Shown one piece after another: positions 52,886-63,107 of a stretch of 64,000 nucleotides of DNA. Positions within the stretch are counted from its first letter, which is position 1. The number at the start of each line of letters is the position of its first letter. The notes under the pieces are model-generated. The model saw only the letters and a program-made list of their open reading frames with translations. It was not told where the DNA came from and searched no databases. The stretch is from a virus. The DNA is taken from the IMG/VR virus record IMGVR_UViG_3300010354_000069, positions 8,244-72,243 of that record; one strand, 5' to 3'. The position numbers and the translations under genes are program-made.

Positions 52886-55002
52886 GGTAATCCGTTTATT
52901 TTATTCTGTATAGCGGTAACTTTGTCGTGCAAACTCCCTACCATGGGCATAGCGCTAGGTATGCGTTTCTGATCTATGATAGCTTTAGAGCTCTCTACTT
53001 GGGTCTTTTTTTGGTAGAATAAATCAGAAATCCGTTCTGCTTCTTTTACCGAGTCCCTGTACATATTCAGAGCTGTGCCGAGGTCTATTATTGTTTGAGT
53101 TTTTTTGCGTGAATCCTCTACAGAGAGAGGTGCAGTGTTAGCTTTCCAAGTTGCTTCTAGACTATTCACTCTCTTTTCTAACACATTAAGATTTCTCATT
53201 ATAGTAACGTACTTTCCTTTGAACGTATCACCTAACCTATAAAGGTCTTCTAGGGATTGATCTAGTAGAGGTGCAAAAGGCTCATTGTTGGTTCCTGGCT
53301 CAACGCCTTCTATTCTTGCTGCTAGGTTCCTAAGCATACGATCAAGATTATTAACATCATTCACTTGCTTAATTACATTTATACCTCGCTGATCTACTAC
53401 ACCGCTAAATACATCTTTGTCGTTAGTATTAGCTTCAGGAAGTCTACCAGGATTTCTGTATATTGCATCGACTTCGTCAAGGCTACGATCAAAAGATCTT
53501 TCAGCCACCTTTTTACGCTCAGCAAGCGCATTATATACTTCGGTAGTCGGTTTGGACTTACTAAACCGGGCAGTTCTAATATCTTTTTCCAAGGGTTCAA
53601 CCAGTCTCTTAAATTCGTCGTACACCCTAGCGTAAGCATCCCGACCCGCTTTAATTTTTTGAGCTAAAGCATTAGCAGCAGTAGACTCAACTTCCCCGCC
53701 GCCTTGCTTTTTATTGTCGTCAGCAGGAGCGATAGCAGGAGCGGTAGAAGCAGCCGCTGCTGCAGAAGAATCGAGGCGAGGTCCACTTTGGGCAGCCGCT
53801 TCTGCTCTATTGATATTATCTTGAGCTTTAGCTTTAGCTTTAATGTTACGCCTAGAATTAGGCCCGGTGCTACCCTTTCTTTTTCTCTTGACTTCAGTGG
53901 AGCCTACAATCATGCCCTGAATCTTGTACCAAGTACGATCATCTCTCTGGTAGAGACGTTCAAACCCGACAACAATCAGGTCGTACTTGATCGTGACAAT
54001 TCCGGTGTTCAGAACAAATCGCAGGGGAACGCCGCGGCGAATCTGCATTTCAAACGCACGTGAGATTGCCCAAGCTCCAAGATTGCCCATTCCGTAGGTT
54101 GGCGAGCCGCCCCTGTCTTTTGGATCCGTGCTCAAACCGTATTGATAGCCTAAGTAACCGCGAGCATTTACCTGGTTTGCCTGAGGGCTGTTAGGAAGGT
54201 AGAAAGGGTCTGGTGAAAGCTCTGAGTAAACCTGACTTTCGCCAGGTTTCAACCCTGTCCTAGAAAGTAACTGCTGTTCCTCGTCTGTAAGCTTCCGGCT
54301 ATTCCCGCTTTGTATCTGGTCGGTCGTAGGGCCAACAAAGTGTTTGTGCGCGTCAAACTGGACCTTATGGTCAAACCCAAGAAACGCCCCTACAAACTCA
54401 AGCATTTGTCCCTGAATGCCTAGAGACTGGTAGAGGGGAACGCTACCTGGAATCAGCATGGTAGAAAAGTTCTGAATGTGTCTGACAGTAATGCCCGGGC
54501 CTGCTCCCGGGGCAATCGTACCGGTTGCGCCGTGTACTGAAGCCACGGTAGACATGGCTGGTGGAACCTCAAACTCAAGCGGGCCTAGTAGTACTCGCGT
54601 GAATCCGGGGTACCCTTGGTTGGTTACTGCCTCAGCCGTCCTTCTGGAGTTAATACCAGTACCGTTATCATATTCTTCTGCCGCTTCATTAGCGGTGTCT
54701 GCCCCTTTGGGTTTTGACAAAAGACTCATTACACCGCCCAAACCCCAAACAGCGCCGGCTGTTGCAGTCTGCTGTAAAACGTCCTGCCACTTGCTAGGAT
54801 CGTTTGCTATTTGGGTTATCCACGAGCTCGTCATGGTGCCCGGCAAAGAGTCAAAAATAGCGGCAGTAGTGGGATTAGAGTGGGCCAAAGCTCCTATTCC
54901 CGCATTTGCAGCACCAGCTTTGCTTTCAAAGTCGGCGAGGTTGAGTTTTGCCCCGCCGACCTCAAGCTTTCCGCTTGTGATGTCCTGCCACCACTCAGCC
55001 AT
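52882..55002 (-). CDS. Putative tail/baseplate protein with GpU-like domain and helical C-terminal extension
   Basis: LLGPLEF...IPGSVPLYQSLG....LEFVGAF resembles P2 GpU-type proteins by eye. Confidence 0.5.
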   Translation of the reverse strand: MAEWWQDITSGKLEVGGAKLNLADFESKAGAANAGIGALAHSNPTTAAIFDSLPGTMTSSWITQIANDPSKWQDVLQQTATAGAVWGLGGVMSLLSKPKGADTANEAAEEYDNGTGINSRRTAEAVTNQGYPGFTRVLLGPLEFEVPPAMSTVASVHGATGTIAPGAGPGITVRHIQNFSTMLIPGSVPLYQSLGIQGQMLEFVGAFLGFDHKVQFDAHKHFVGPTTDQIQSGNSRKLTDEEQQLLSRTGLKPGESQVYSELSPDPFYLPNSPQANQVNARGYLGYQYGLSTDPKDRGGSPTYGMGNLGAWAISRAFEMQIRRGVPLRFVLNTGIVTIKYDLIVVGFERLYQRDDRTWYKIQGMIVGSTEVKRKRKGSTGPNSRRNIKAKAKAQDNINRAEAAAQSGPRLDSSAAAAASTAPAIAPADDNKKQGGGEVESTAANALAQKIKAGRDAYARVYDEFKRLVEPLEKDIRTARFSKSKPTTEVYNALAERKKVAERSFDRSLDEVDAIYRNPGRLPEANTNDKDVFSGVVDQRGINVIKQVNDVNNLDRMLRNLAARIEGVEPGTNNEPFAPLLDQSLEDLYRLGDTFKGKYVTIMRNLNVLEKRVNSLEATWKANTAPLSVEDSRKKTQTIIDLGTALNMYRDSVKEAERISDLFYQKKTQVESSKAIIDQKRIPSAMPMVGSLHDKVTAIQNKINGLP

Positions 55003-55005
55003 GGT

Positions 55006-55410
55006 TTACTTACCGCTATACAACTGGGCAACTGCCGCCAGCAGGCCAAGTAATACAGACAATAGCGTGCCATAGGTAACCAGCGTGTTGTGCTGTAGCT
55101 CCTTTGCGGTAGCCAACTGGCGCTCCACCGCGGTGTCCTCAATTTTCTTGACGCTGGCTTCAATCAGCTCAAGGCGACGGTTCTGTACTTCCAGAATATG
55201 CTGGACTTCGCCACGTGAGATGTTGCCCTCGTTCAGCCTCTTGAGGTCACGCAAGTCGTTATGAATAGCGTCAATCTTGGCCAGTAGAGTGGCAATCTCA
55301 CGCGAGTTGATGCCCGTCTGCACGGCCATGTCATCCAGCCTGCGGGATAGTTCGCCTATACGCCTCTCAAGTTCGTCAGCGCGCAACTCAAAACCTTCAT
55401 TCATCCCCAA
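55006..55410 (-). CDS. Coiled-coil protein with C-terminal TM (XhlA/holin-associated-like)
   Basis: Heptads followed by TLLSVLLGLLAAVAQL. Confidence 0.65.
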   Translation of the reverse strand: MGMNEGFELRADELERRIGELSRRLDDMAVQTGINSREIATLLAKIDAIHNDLRDLKRLNEGNISRGEVQHILEVQNRRLELIEASVKKIEDTAVERQLATAKELQHNTLVTYGTLLSVLLGLLAAVAQLYSGK

Positions 55411-55413
55411 CTC

Positions 55414-55752
55414 CTACGCTTGGTGCAAGCTATCGATCACGCGAATCTTGAACTGCCCGGCAGTCTGGGGTTTGTTAGCTACGCCAAAGTAGACGACAAT
55501 CTCTGCTTCGTACTCACCGGGTGTATCGGTATCACCGGGCTGCCACTCATAAACAGCTTTGCCCGTAGCAGCATCAGTTACGGTAAGTTCAGCTCCGCTG
55601 ATCTTGTTCTGGGTAGGATCACCTGCGTCAAGCCCCATATAAAGCTTTACGGAAGCAACACCAGTAAGATCCAACGGAATGTTCTGTCGATCGGCCAGCT
55701 CTACTTCTAGGTTAGGAAGCAAGTCGCCTTGGTACATGGTAATGGTTTGCAT
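55414..55752 (-). CDS. BppU-like baseplate upper protein domain
   Basis: MYQGD, PLDLTG, DAATGKAVYEW...DTDTPG.YEAE. Confidence 0.75.
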   Translation of the reverse strand: MQTITMYQGDLLPNLEVELADRQNIPLDLTGVASVKLYMGLDAGDPTQNKISGAELTVTDAATGKAVYEWQPGDTDTPGEYEAEIVVYFGVANKPQTAGQFKIRVIDSLHQA

Positions 55753-55904
55753 CAGAGTCCACCAAAGGATCCGGGCCGTACACTAACCCTAAGCTTTAGA
55801 CAGCGGCCCAAAGACACTACCAGCTTAAGGGGAGCAACGGGCACGATTTCGCTGGTAACTACGCCATTGGAAGCCAAGGCTTCCCAATCAAAACCGAACG
55901 GCAT
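55752..55904 (-). CDS. Hypothetical protein (50 aa, not in ORF track)
   Basis: MPFGFDWEALASNGVV...GSFGGL, stop/start-coupled at both ends. Confidence 0.55.
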   Translation of the reverse strand: MPFGFDWEALASNGVVTSEIVPVAPLKLVVSLGRCLKLRVSVRPGSFGGL

Positions 55905-56437
55905 TACTCAAGCGGGCCTCCATAGCGGAACTGGCCGGGTCTCCTGATTACTGGAATCGTTGTATCCGAGTATGGTGCAGACCAGTCTGCATCCTCTGGG
56001 CGTTTGCGAATAATGCGTAGACTATTCGGCGTTGTCTGGTCTGCCAACTTGATGGTGTTCTCTTCGTACATGGCTTTGATGGCATCCATCAAATCGAGCA
56101 GGACCGTGGTAATGCCGCCCATACCGCCATCAATAGCAGGCAGAATTGCCATTTCTTCCACTGCTGTACGTAATCTGTCTGAGCCGCTGGCCTCAGGATC
56201 CTGCCCGGTGTCCCACAGCACGTAGCCAACAAACTCTTCCGTGAGCTTGATCTTCACACTGTATATGCCAGTGGCCGTATCTGCTGCCACAACTTCCGTT
56301 ACACCCGCAACGGATCTGGCTCGAAAGACCGTATGGTTGTTGTTGAAAAGCGTGTAACCGACAGTAGTCAAGCCAGCACGCGAAGCCAAGAAATTAACCG
56401 TACAGGCTACTTCTTGGTTCACGAATCCTTGAATCAT
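55904..56437 (-). CDS. Hypothetical structural protein
   Basis: Ig-like beta pattern (TGIYSV, GYVLWDTG). Confidence 0.65.
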   Translation of the reverse strand: MIQGFVNQEVACTVNFLASRAGLTTVGYTLFNNNHTVFRARSVAGVTEVVAADTATGIYSVKIKLTEEFVGYVLWDTGQDPEASGSDRLRTAVEEMAILPAIDGGMGGITTVLLDLMDAIKAMYEENTIKLADQTTPNSLRIIRKRPEDADWSAPYSDTTIPVIRRPGQFRYGGPLE

Positions 56438-56457
56438 CTATGCGACACCAGTCGGTG

Positions 56458-56778
56458 CTAGACCTGTCTTGCCCCGTCTACTACGTGAATCGCCTGCGCT
56501 ACTAACTTGTTCGCGTAGTCATCAAGCATTCGTGCCATACCGTCAATGAGAGCCTTGTTCTTGAGCAGCATTTTTACAATAACAGGAATACCCGGTAGTT
56601 CGTCAATTGTTTGCTCAATAAGCCCACTAATTGCAGCAATGGTATTTTGCTCCGCAACTTCAGCTTCCTGCTGGCACTTGGCGCAGTCTTCCAGTCTACG
56701 AAGCACTACTTCCGAGGCAGCGCTAACAGCTGCTTGCAAAAACAACAGAAGGATCTTGTTCACGGGCTGCTCCTTCAT
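56458..56778 (-). CDS. Hypothetical protein
   Basis: ORF in the late operon. Confidence 0.6.
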   Translation of the reverse strand: MKEQPVNKILLLFLQAAVSAASEVVLRRLEDCAKCQQEAEVAEQNTIAAISGLIEQTIDELPGIPVIVKMLLKNKALIDGMARMLDDYANKLVAQAIHVVDGARQV

Positions 56779-56784
56779 GAAGGT

Positions 56785-56810
56785 GCGGGGTAGGGTTGCC
56801 CCTACCCCGC
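56785..56810 (-). other. GCAA-tetraloop hairpin after the fibre gene
   Basis: GCGGGGTAGGG-GCAA-CCCTACCCCGC; no U-tract. Confidence 0.6.
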
Positions 56811-56829
56811 GTTTCTACCGGTTCGGGAT

Positions 56830-58923
56830 TTACGCCTGGTACTTCAGTTCAACGGTCTGACCCGCACGGAGTGCGAAGTTCAGATCGACACCGGCGCCAG
56901 CAGCCTGGAGGGTCCAGACGCCACCAGCAGCCGCAGGCCACTGGGACATGCCGTCGATGGTGACGAACAGCGCGTCGGCCGAGGGGATGGCGGGGTGACC
57001 GGCATCCTTAGCCACTGCCTCTTCGCTGCCGGTGGCAACGAAGCGACGTACACGCCACTGAACTGCTTCGATGGTGTCGAGACGGGCATCGAGAGCGTTG
57101 TCGGCTGCGATGCGGGCAGTCTCTTCAGCATCGATGTTGCCCTGTAGAACGGTGTCAGCAGCAGCGCGGGCTAGCTCTTCTGCATCGATTTCAGCCTGAA
57201 GGCCAGCTTCGGCTGTCTCAGCGCGGAGCTGCTCGGCGTCGACATCAGCCGCGCGGTCAATGATCTCCTGAGCAAGATCATCAACTACGGACTTGATCTG
57301 AACATCGAGCTCTACCAGAGCTGCCTTGACGTCAGTCTTGGCGTTCAGGTAGTTGGTGCCGGTGAAGGTGAGACCAGCGGTTGCTACAACACCTAGGTTG
57401 TCGGCAATCTGCTTGACGCGAGCGTCAAGTACCTTGTCGGCATCCATCAGGCTGACAGCGGAACCGAGGTAGTTGGTGGTTGCATCAGCAACGTATGCAC
57501 CACCGCTGCCCAGACCAGCACCGGCCTGAGTAGCATCCAGCTCGTTGGAAAGAGCAGTGTCCGAAGCGCTGCGCGCATCGTACTCGCTCTTGAGCTGGGT
57601 ATCGAGGGCTACGATTGCTGCACGGAGCGTGCCCGAAGCGGCAACGTAGTTTGCGCCGGTGAACGCGGCGAGGGTTCCGTCGGCCTGGAAACCAGCAGCG
57701 GCTTCAACTGCATCCAGTTCAGCCTGGATTGCAGCGTCAGCAGCAGCGCGGGCGACCTCTTCAGCGTCGATTTCGCCCTGTAGAGCAGTATCCGCAGCAG
57801 CGCGGGCGAGCTCTTCAGCGTCGATTTCGCCCTGTAGAGCGGTGTCCGCGGCAGCGCGGGCGAGCTCTTCAGCGTCGATTTCAGCCTGAAGGCCAGCTTC
57901 GGCTGTCTCGGCGCGGAGCTGCTCAGCGTTAACATCGGCCGCACGGTCGATGATCTCCTGAGCTAGGTCATCCGCAACCTGCTTGAGAGCTGCATCCAGC
58001 TTGGAGTCAGCGTCAGCAAGGCTTACAGCCGAGTTGATGTAGTTGGCAGCGCCCTCTACGATGTAAGCGCCGCTGGCGTTCAGACCAGCGCCGGTCTGGG
58101 TGGCATCAAGCTCAGCCTGAATGTTGCCGGAACCAGACTGAAGTGCGGCGTCGAGGGCAACCAAAGCTGCCTTGACGTCGGTGATCATGTTCAGGTGATT
58201 GGTGCCGGTGAAGGACAGGGGATTGCTGCCCGAACCATCCAGCGAAACGCCGAGGGCCTTACGGACGGCGTCGATGTTGTTCGACTCGGTGATATCGACA
58301 GCCTTGGGGTTGGCGATGATCACACGACCGGGATCGCGAAGGAGGTCGGAACCACCAGCAACCCACTGCTTGATGTACAGGAATGCCATGGAGCCTACGG
58401 GGATGGTGGCATCCGCCTCATCTACCGTGCCGGGCTTGATTACGAAGTGTACGCGGTAGCTGGTCATGGGCATGGGCATGGTCTGGACAGTCTTTTCCAG
58501 ACGGCCGAAGATCTCGTTGCCGTTAGCATCGACTACGGGATCATTGTTGGCCTTGCGGACAACAACCAGGTTCTCGGTGTCAGCCATGTAGCCAACGCTA
58601 CGTACGACTGCACCCAGATTCGACCACACGCGGGTAGCGCTGTCGTAGGAAGGAGCTTCCTCGGACTTCGCTGCGGGCATGTAGGGCTCGACGTTCATGT
58701 TCTGCGAAAGAGCCATTGCGGCCGACCCGAGCTGGGGGTAGATCGCGCGGAGCTGAGTGTCGAGCAGGTTGCTGATGAAGGCGTCGCTTACACGGTCAAG
58801 AGCTACGCTCTTGCTCGCCAGCTTTCCCCCCTGAACTTCGTTGTCCTTGATCAGTACGTTAGTGATCGAAGCATCGTGAACTGATAGATCTGCAAAAATC
58901 TTCTGCAGTGCCATAGTATTCAC
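56830..58923 (-). CDS. Fibre-like structural protein with coiled-coil repeats
   Basis: LQ(G/A)EIDAEELARAAADT repeats; strong SD AAGGAGG; high-expression codon bias. Confidence 0.8.
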   Translation of the reverse strand: MNTMALQKIFADLSVHDASITNVLIKDNEVQGGKLASKSVALDRVSDAFISNLLDTQLRAIYPQLGSAAMALSQNMNVEPYMPAAKSEEAPSYDSATRVWSNLGAVVRSVGYMADTENLVVVRKANNDPVVDANGNEIFGRLEKTVQTMPMPMTSYRVHFVIKPGTVDEADATIPVGSMAFLYIKQWVAGGSDLLRDPGRVIIANPKAVDITESNNIDAVRKALGVSLDGSGSNPLSFTGTNHLNMITDVKAALVALDAALQSGSGNIQAELDATQTGAGLNASGAYIVEGAANYINSAVSLADADSKLDAALKQVADDLAQEIIDRAADVNAEQLRAETAEAGLQAEIDAEELARAAADTALQGEIDAEELARAAADTALQGEIDAEEVARAAADAAIQAELDAVEAAAGFQADGTLAAFTGANYVAASGTLRAAIVALDTQLKSEYDARSASDTALSNELDATQAGAGLGSGGAYVADATTNYLGSAVSLMDADKVLDARVKQIADNLGVVATAGLTFTGTNYLNAKTDVKAALVELDVQIKSVVDDLAQEIIDRAADVDAEQLRAETAEAGLQAEIDAEELARAAADTVLQGNIDAEETARIAADNALDARLDTIEAVQWRVRRFVATGSEEAVAKDAGHPAIPSADALFVTIDGMSQWPAAAGGVWTLQAAGAGVDLNFALRAGQTVELKYQA
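57720..57890. repeat. 54-bp (18-aa) tandem repeats
   Basis: GCAGCGCGGGCGA.CTCTTCAGCGTCGATTTC three times. Confidence 0.85.
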
Positions 58924-59017
58924 CCTCCTTAGGATGATTAGTTACCCACAGAAACGCGTTGCAGTTTCAGGTCCGGAACCAAAGCGTAGACTAGGTTTCA
59001 GCCGACAAACTGCGCGG

Positions 59018-59440
59018 TTATTTGTACCACTCTAGGTTCAGTTCCATCAGGCCTGAACGATAGCGGTTCCATAATTCGGGATTCTCGGGAAGTACAACAA
59101 TAATGGAAGTCCCTGAAGAAGTGAGAAGCACGGCTTCCCCTAATCTCTGCTGTATTCCAGTTATGTATACATTTAGATGCTCATAGAGCCGATAATCTAG
59201 GACAATACCGCTAGGTCCATTTCCCAGAGGAACAGAAAAGCCATATAGGTTCTCAGAAATTTCCGTTGCTGTGTCAACCATGTCTGAAGTTATGCGCGCA
59301 GTAAAGCTGTACCAGCGCTTGGCTTCAAGAACCTCGACTCTAGTTTTTAGAGAAGCAATTTCTTGCTCTAACTCAGCGTGAGTCTTTGTGCCGATTCCCT
59401 CAAGTTCATCATGATGTTCAATGGTAAAGATCGCGGACAA
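59018..59440 (-). CDS. Hypothetical structural protein
   Basis: H..L.GIG..TH..LE motif seen in fibre-associated proteins. Confidence 0.6.
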   Translation of the reverse strand: MSAIFTIEHHDELEGIGTKTHAELEQEIASLKTRVEVLEAKRWYSFTARITSDMVDTATEISENLYGFSVPLGNGPSGIVLDYRLYEHLNVYITGIQQRLGEAVLLTSSGTSIIVVLPENPELWNRYRSGLMELNLEWYK

Positions 59441-59452
59441 AGTTTAGAGCTC

Positions 59453-62400
59453 CTAGTTTACCGCGATAGGCCTGCCGTTGGGTTGGTACAACCCTACGAT
59501 TAGCGGAGGATCGGCGGGGTTGTCACTGTCCGAAGAAACCCTAGTGCGGCTGTCCAAACGATTCCGCTGTGCTACTAGCAGCATGCGCGTACCCTGGTAG
59601 GACACGTAGGCCATGAGCACACTGCGGTGCATCAAGGCAGCAGACAGAGGCGGTCCCTCCACTTCAAAGCCAGCCTCAAGCAGATCACCCAACACGAACT
59701 TGCGGCCTGCAAACAAGGGCAAGTCACCCAGCTTGTTGATTACAATCGGTACATTTCCCAAGAAAGGACGCACCGCTGTATTGCCGGACAAGGCAATGTT
59801 GCTGCTAGTCAGGTTGGGATCGCGAACAAAGGGCAACTCAGTAAAAGTGCCGTTATCGTCAGCACCGCCAGTGCCCTTGGTGTGAACTAACAATTTGGGC
59901 TCGGCCAACAACTCCAGTTCTGCCTCTATGGGTACAGTCGAAATCAAGGCGGGGATTGAGGCGAGGTAGTAAGTCGCGATGTCCAGCGACTGATCCAGCT
60001 CATACTCTAGCTGCAGCGCCACTTCCACCAGTCCGGTCTTCTGCGAGGTAAACGTCAGATTCACGCCACCGGATACCTGCGCAACCGTTACCCCGCCGGT
60101 GGCTTCTGCTACGCCGTCCACAAACACGCTGGAGCAGGCGGTGCTGGCAATACGCCCTAGCGAAGTGCCGCCTAACGGAATGAACACGGTAGCTGCGGCC
60201 GCTGCTGGCTTTGCAGCAACCACGGTACGAAATAGCTTGGTGATACCGTTGGCCTTTGGGTCGGTGATGCAAGCTGGCGCTTCCAGCGCTACATCGACGT
60301 AGACGTTCTCGCCTGAAGCCACAGGCGACCCAGAAAGAGTAAAACTGTAACGACCGTCGCCCTGTACTGTTGCACCGATGTCGTGCACCACAGTCACAGC
60401 GTTGTTCAGAGTCACCACGGCCCCGGCAATACCGGCAATAGTCTTGAGCTCAGCACCAATATAGATACTGGCGCCAACGCGCATGCCCGTAGTGCTCGAG
60501 ACGGTAATACTGGATTGGCCCACGGTTGCAGGAACCGTCAACGTAGTGCTGAAGCTGTTGCGGTACACATTGCTCAAGGTAAGGTTGGTTTCACTGCCGC
60601 CTACCAGACTGTAGACGGCAAGCGGTACAGCAATCCGTACGCCCTGGACAAGCGTAGGCAGGGTAAAGCTGGTCGTACCGTCAGATACCAAACGAATTCG
60701 CCCCTTGACCCCGTAGGCGCCCACAGAGGGATTTACAACCGTCAGGGTAGTGTTGGCTTCAAGGGCACTACCAACCTCGCTTGCAGCGAGCGTGTGCGTG
60801 GCCTCAGCAGAGCTGACGAAACCCATGAACGGGTAGCCTGTGTGCTCGAACTTGAGCGGTGTCTCATAGATTTCCGAAAAACCGCAACCAGCAGGAAAGT
60901 CCACGTTGAACTCGACTTTGACGTCGCCGTTGGATGGGACCTGTGAAAGAGCAATCTGCAAATCGTACAATCCGGAACGAGTCACTTGCCCACCAGCAGA
61001 AGTACCCAACAAACTTCCGGTCACTCCATCCAGAATAACAACATTAGTCAAGGGCAAAGTAGCGTCAATATTGGCAAGCTCCGCCGTGCGTGCGATGACG
61101 AAGTCATCACCATCGGTCACCTCAATTACCGGCAGCAAACGCTTGTCAGCCTTGATGTCAATATAGTTGAGGGTCAGCTGAGCAGAGGTCCCTAGCGTGT
61201 AAACGTATACGTCTAGGTTCTGCCAGAAAAACGGGCTATCAAAATGCCCGGTGATTTCTTGTGGAGTTTCTGTCTGCTGCGTAAGGTAGGGACTGGTGAT
61301 AGCAAACAGCGGTTCAGCGCCGGCTACCTCAACGTCTGCGTTCTGCGGCCAGAACTCGAATACGAGAACAGCATCTTCACGAGAAAGTTCGGGACGGGGC
61401 GTGTAACCAACGCGCACCGTGAAGTTGCGGCTATTGAAACCGGAAATGCTGGTCTTGATACCGAACTTATCCTCCGGTGTGCTGGCAGGGCGGGCAAGAT
61501 TCTGGCCCTTGGGGACGGCCGCCGAAAGTGCACCTTGAGTAGCCAAATTGCTGCTGATAGGGCTGTAAAACTTTTGCCAACCTGTTGCAACGCCTGTGCC
61601 GGCAATCGAGGCAAAGTGCGAGTTGCGGAGCATGTTGATCGACGTGTTTACACGTTTGGTAACAGGAATGTCGCCAAAGTAACCGCGCATGCCACCGTTA
61701 CCCAAGTGACCATTTACCTTGCGCAAAGTGCCGTTGCTGGTAAGGCGGTTGGTCAGCTGATCGTAGATGGTGCGCTCAAACTCTTGCGGCACAGCATTGG
61801 CAAACTGCACAGTGTGGCGTAAGTCAATGATCTGCGTACTATCAACAACGTTGTGCCAAAGACCATCCGGGCGGCTGGAAACGCCCCCGGCAGACCAACC
61901 CGGCACGTCAGCACCGTTAGGGTTAGTGTCCTTGTCGTAAGCTGCCTTATTGATACGTTTTACCCGTGCCACAGGCAGCGCATAGACTAGGTAGTACGGG
62001 TTACCGTCCAATCCGGTGTCGGACGAAGAATCAAATGTAGGTGCTGGCACAGCCGCTGTGTAGAGTCCTGGATCTTTCAATGCAACATCAGTAATCGGGT
62101 TGAGCTTGACAAACGGCACATTGGCTAGCAGGCCAAGGTCTGCCAGTGGCTTTACCTTAGGATCATCAATTCCCCCCGGGTAGGCGGCAAAGTCTACATC
62201 CTCAACAATTCGCCAACGGTGGCTTATGGTGCGTCCGCCGCTGGTCAAGCCGGGAAACCATAGCTCCAGAAAAATCAGATCGTCGCGGTAACCACCGGCA
62301 GGACCATCGGTAAGAACAAACGGCACGCGCTCGTTCGTAGCCAGCTTGACGCGGTAGCCGCGCGCGAGCACTTCGACTTCACCACCGAGCGCGTCAAGAA

Positions 62401-62626
62401 ACACCTTGTTGAACTCGCCCTGAGCGGGGTTGCCACCTATCAGATTGCCCATGCGAAGGAAGCCGGTCGGGTACATTTCCCGCACAAGCTTTGCGGTTTC
62501 GTCCGCCAGAATGCTGTTGTAAATGACGGGGACGCCAGCGATGTTACCCTTGCTGTCCCGAACGGGAATCTCCCCGGGGTTGTTTCCGGTGGCAATGTAA
62601 CTAGCTGGAATTCGCAGTGAAGACAT
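59453..62626 (-). CDS. Large tail/baseplate structural protein with a CBM-like domain
   Basis: R.DLIFLELW, VYALPVARV.R.N, RPDGL..IIDLRH, NMLRNSHF..GW. Confidence 0.7.
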   Translation of the reverse strand: MSSLRIPASYIATGNNPGEIPVRDSKGNIAGVPVIYNSILADETAKLVREMYPTGFLRMGNLIGGNPAQGEFNKVFLDALGGEVEVLARGYRVKLATNERVPFVLTDGPAGGYRDDLIFLELWFPGLTSGGRTISHRWRIVEDVDFAAYPGGIDDPKVKPLADLGLLANVPFVKLNPITDVALKDPGLYTAAVPAPTFDSSSDTGLDGNPYYLVYALPVARVKRINKAAYDKDTNPNGADVPGWSAGGVSSRPDGLWHNVVDSTQIIDLRHTVQFANAVPQEFERTIYDQLTNRLTSNGTLRKVNGHLGNGGMRGYFGDIPVTKRVNTSINMLRNSHFASIAGTGVATGWQKFYSPISSNLATQGALSAAVPKGQNLARPASTPEDKFGIKTSISGFNSRNFTVRVGYTPRPELSREDAVLVFEFWPQNADVEVAGAEPLFAITSPYLTQQTETPQEITGHFDSPFFWQNLDVYVYTLGTSAQLTLNYIDIKADKRLLPVIEVTDGDDFVIARTAELANIDATLPLTNVVILDGVTGSLLGTSAGGQVTRSGLYDLQIALSQVPSNGDVKVEFNVDFPAGCGFSEIYETPLKFEHTGYPFMGFVSSAEATHTLAASEVGSALEANTTLTVVNPSVGAYGVKGRIRLVSDGTTSFTLPTLVQGVRIAVPLAVYSLVGGSETNLTLSNVYRNSFSTTLTVPATVGQSSITVSSTTGMRVGASIYIGAELKTIAGIAGAVVTLNNAVTVVHDIGATVQGDGRYSFTLSGSPVASGENVYVDVALEAPACITDPKANGITKLFRTVVAAKPAAAAATVFIPLGGTSLGRIASTACSSVFVDGVAEATGGVTVAQVSGGVNLTFTSQKTGLVEVALQLEYELDQSLDIATYYLASIPALISTVPIEAELELLAEPKLLVHTKGTGGADDNGTFTELPFVRDPNLTSSNIALSGNTAVRPFLGNVPIVINKLGDLPLFAGRKFVLGDLLEAGFEVEGPPLSAALMHRSVLMAYVSYQGTRMLLVAQRNRLDSRTRVSSDSDNPADPPLIVGLYQPNGRPIAVN

Positions 62627-62627
62627 C

Positions 62628-63041
62628 TTATTCCGTTTCGACGTAGGAATTCTTGGGCTGCACCGTATCCAGATTAGCTTGCCACGTGCGCAAACGCAAG
62701 AACTCTATGGCTTCATCCAAGAGTTTATTGTTCTTTCCTTCAATGATTCCAATTGCCTTGACGTTTTGAAGAAAGCTGATGACCTCTTTTATACCGACGG
62801 CAAGCATGATCATCTCTTCAAGCATTTGAGCGCTATCAAAAGAAATAGCTAGCCCGTGAAGAGCAACAAAAACAAGCGTGTAGTTGATCAGCTTTAGAAA
62901 AGCTATGGGAAACAGACTCCAAGAGAACGTTCCGCGCTTTACTTCTCTAATGACACCAGTCAGCCAATCACCAAGCACGATTAGTACAACAAAGATGTAA
63001 GACTTGACTGCAAAAAAGGCTACAAGGTCTTCAAGAAGCAT
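62628..63041 (-). CDS. Phage holin family protein
   Basis: Three TMs, DWLTG, E.IS.L.N...IG. Confidence 0.75.
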   Translation of the reverse strand: MLLEDLVAFFAVKSYIFVVLIVLGDWLTGVIREVKRGTFSWSLFPIAFLKLINYTLVFVALHGLAISFDSAQMLEEMIMLAVGIKEVISFLQNVKAIGIIEGKNNKLLDEAIEFLRLRTWQANLDTVQPKNSYVETE

Positions 63042-63107
63042 AGCAATGCACCCGTAAGCAGTATACCCAGTACGCGAGCAGCGACCTGTAGTTTGTTGAA
63101 CTCTAGG

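Noticed and set aside
57720-57890. 54-bp repeats as CRISPR or DGR template
   Set aside because: In-frame coding repeats with no spacers; no reverse transcriptase seen in the window
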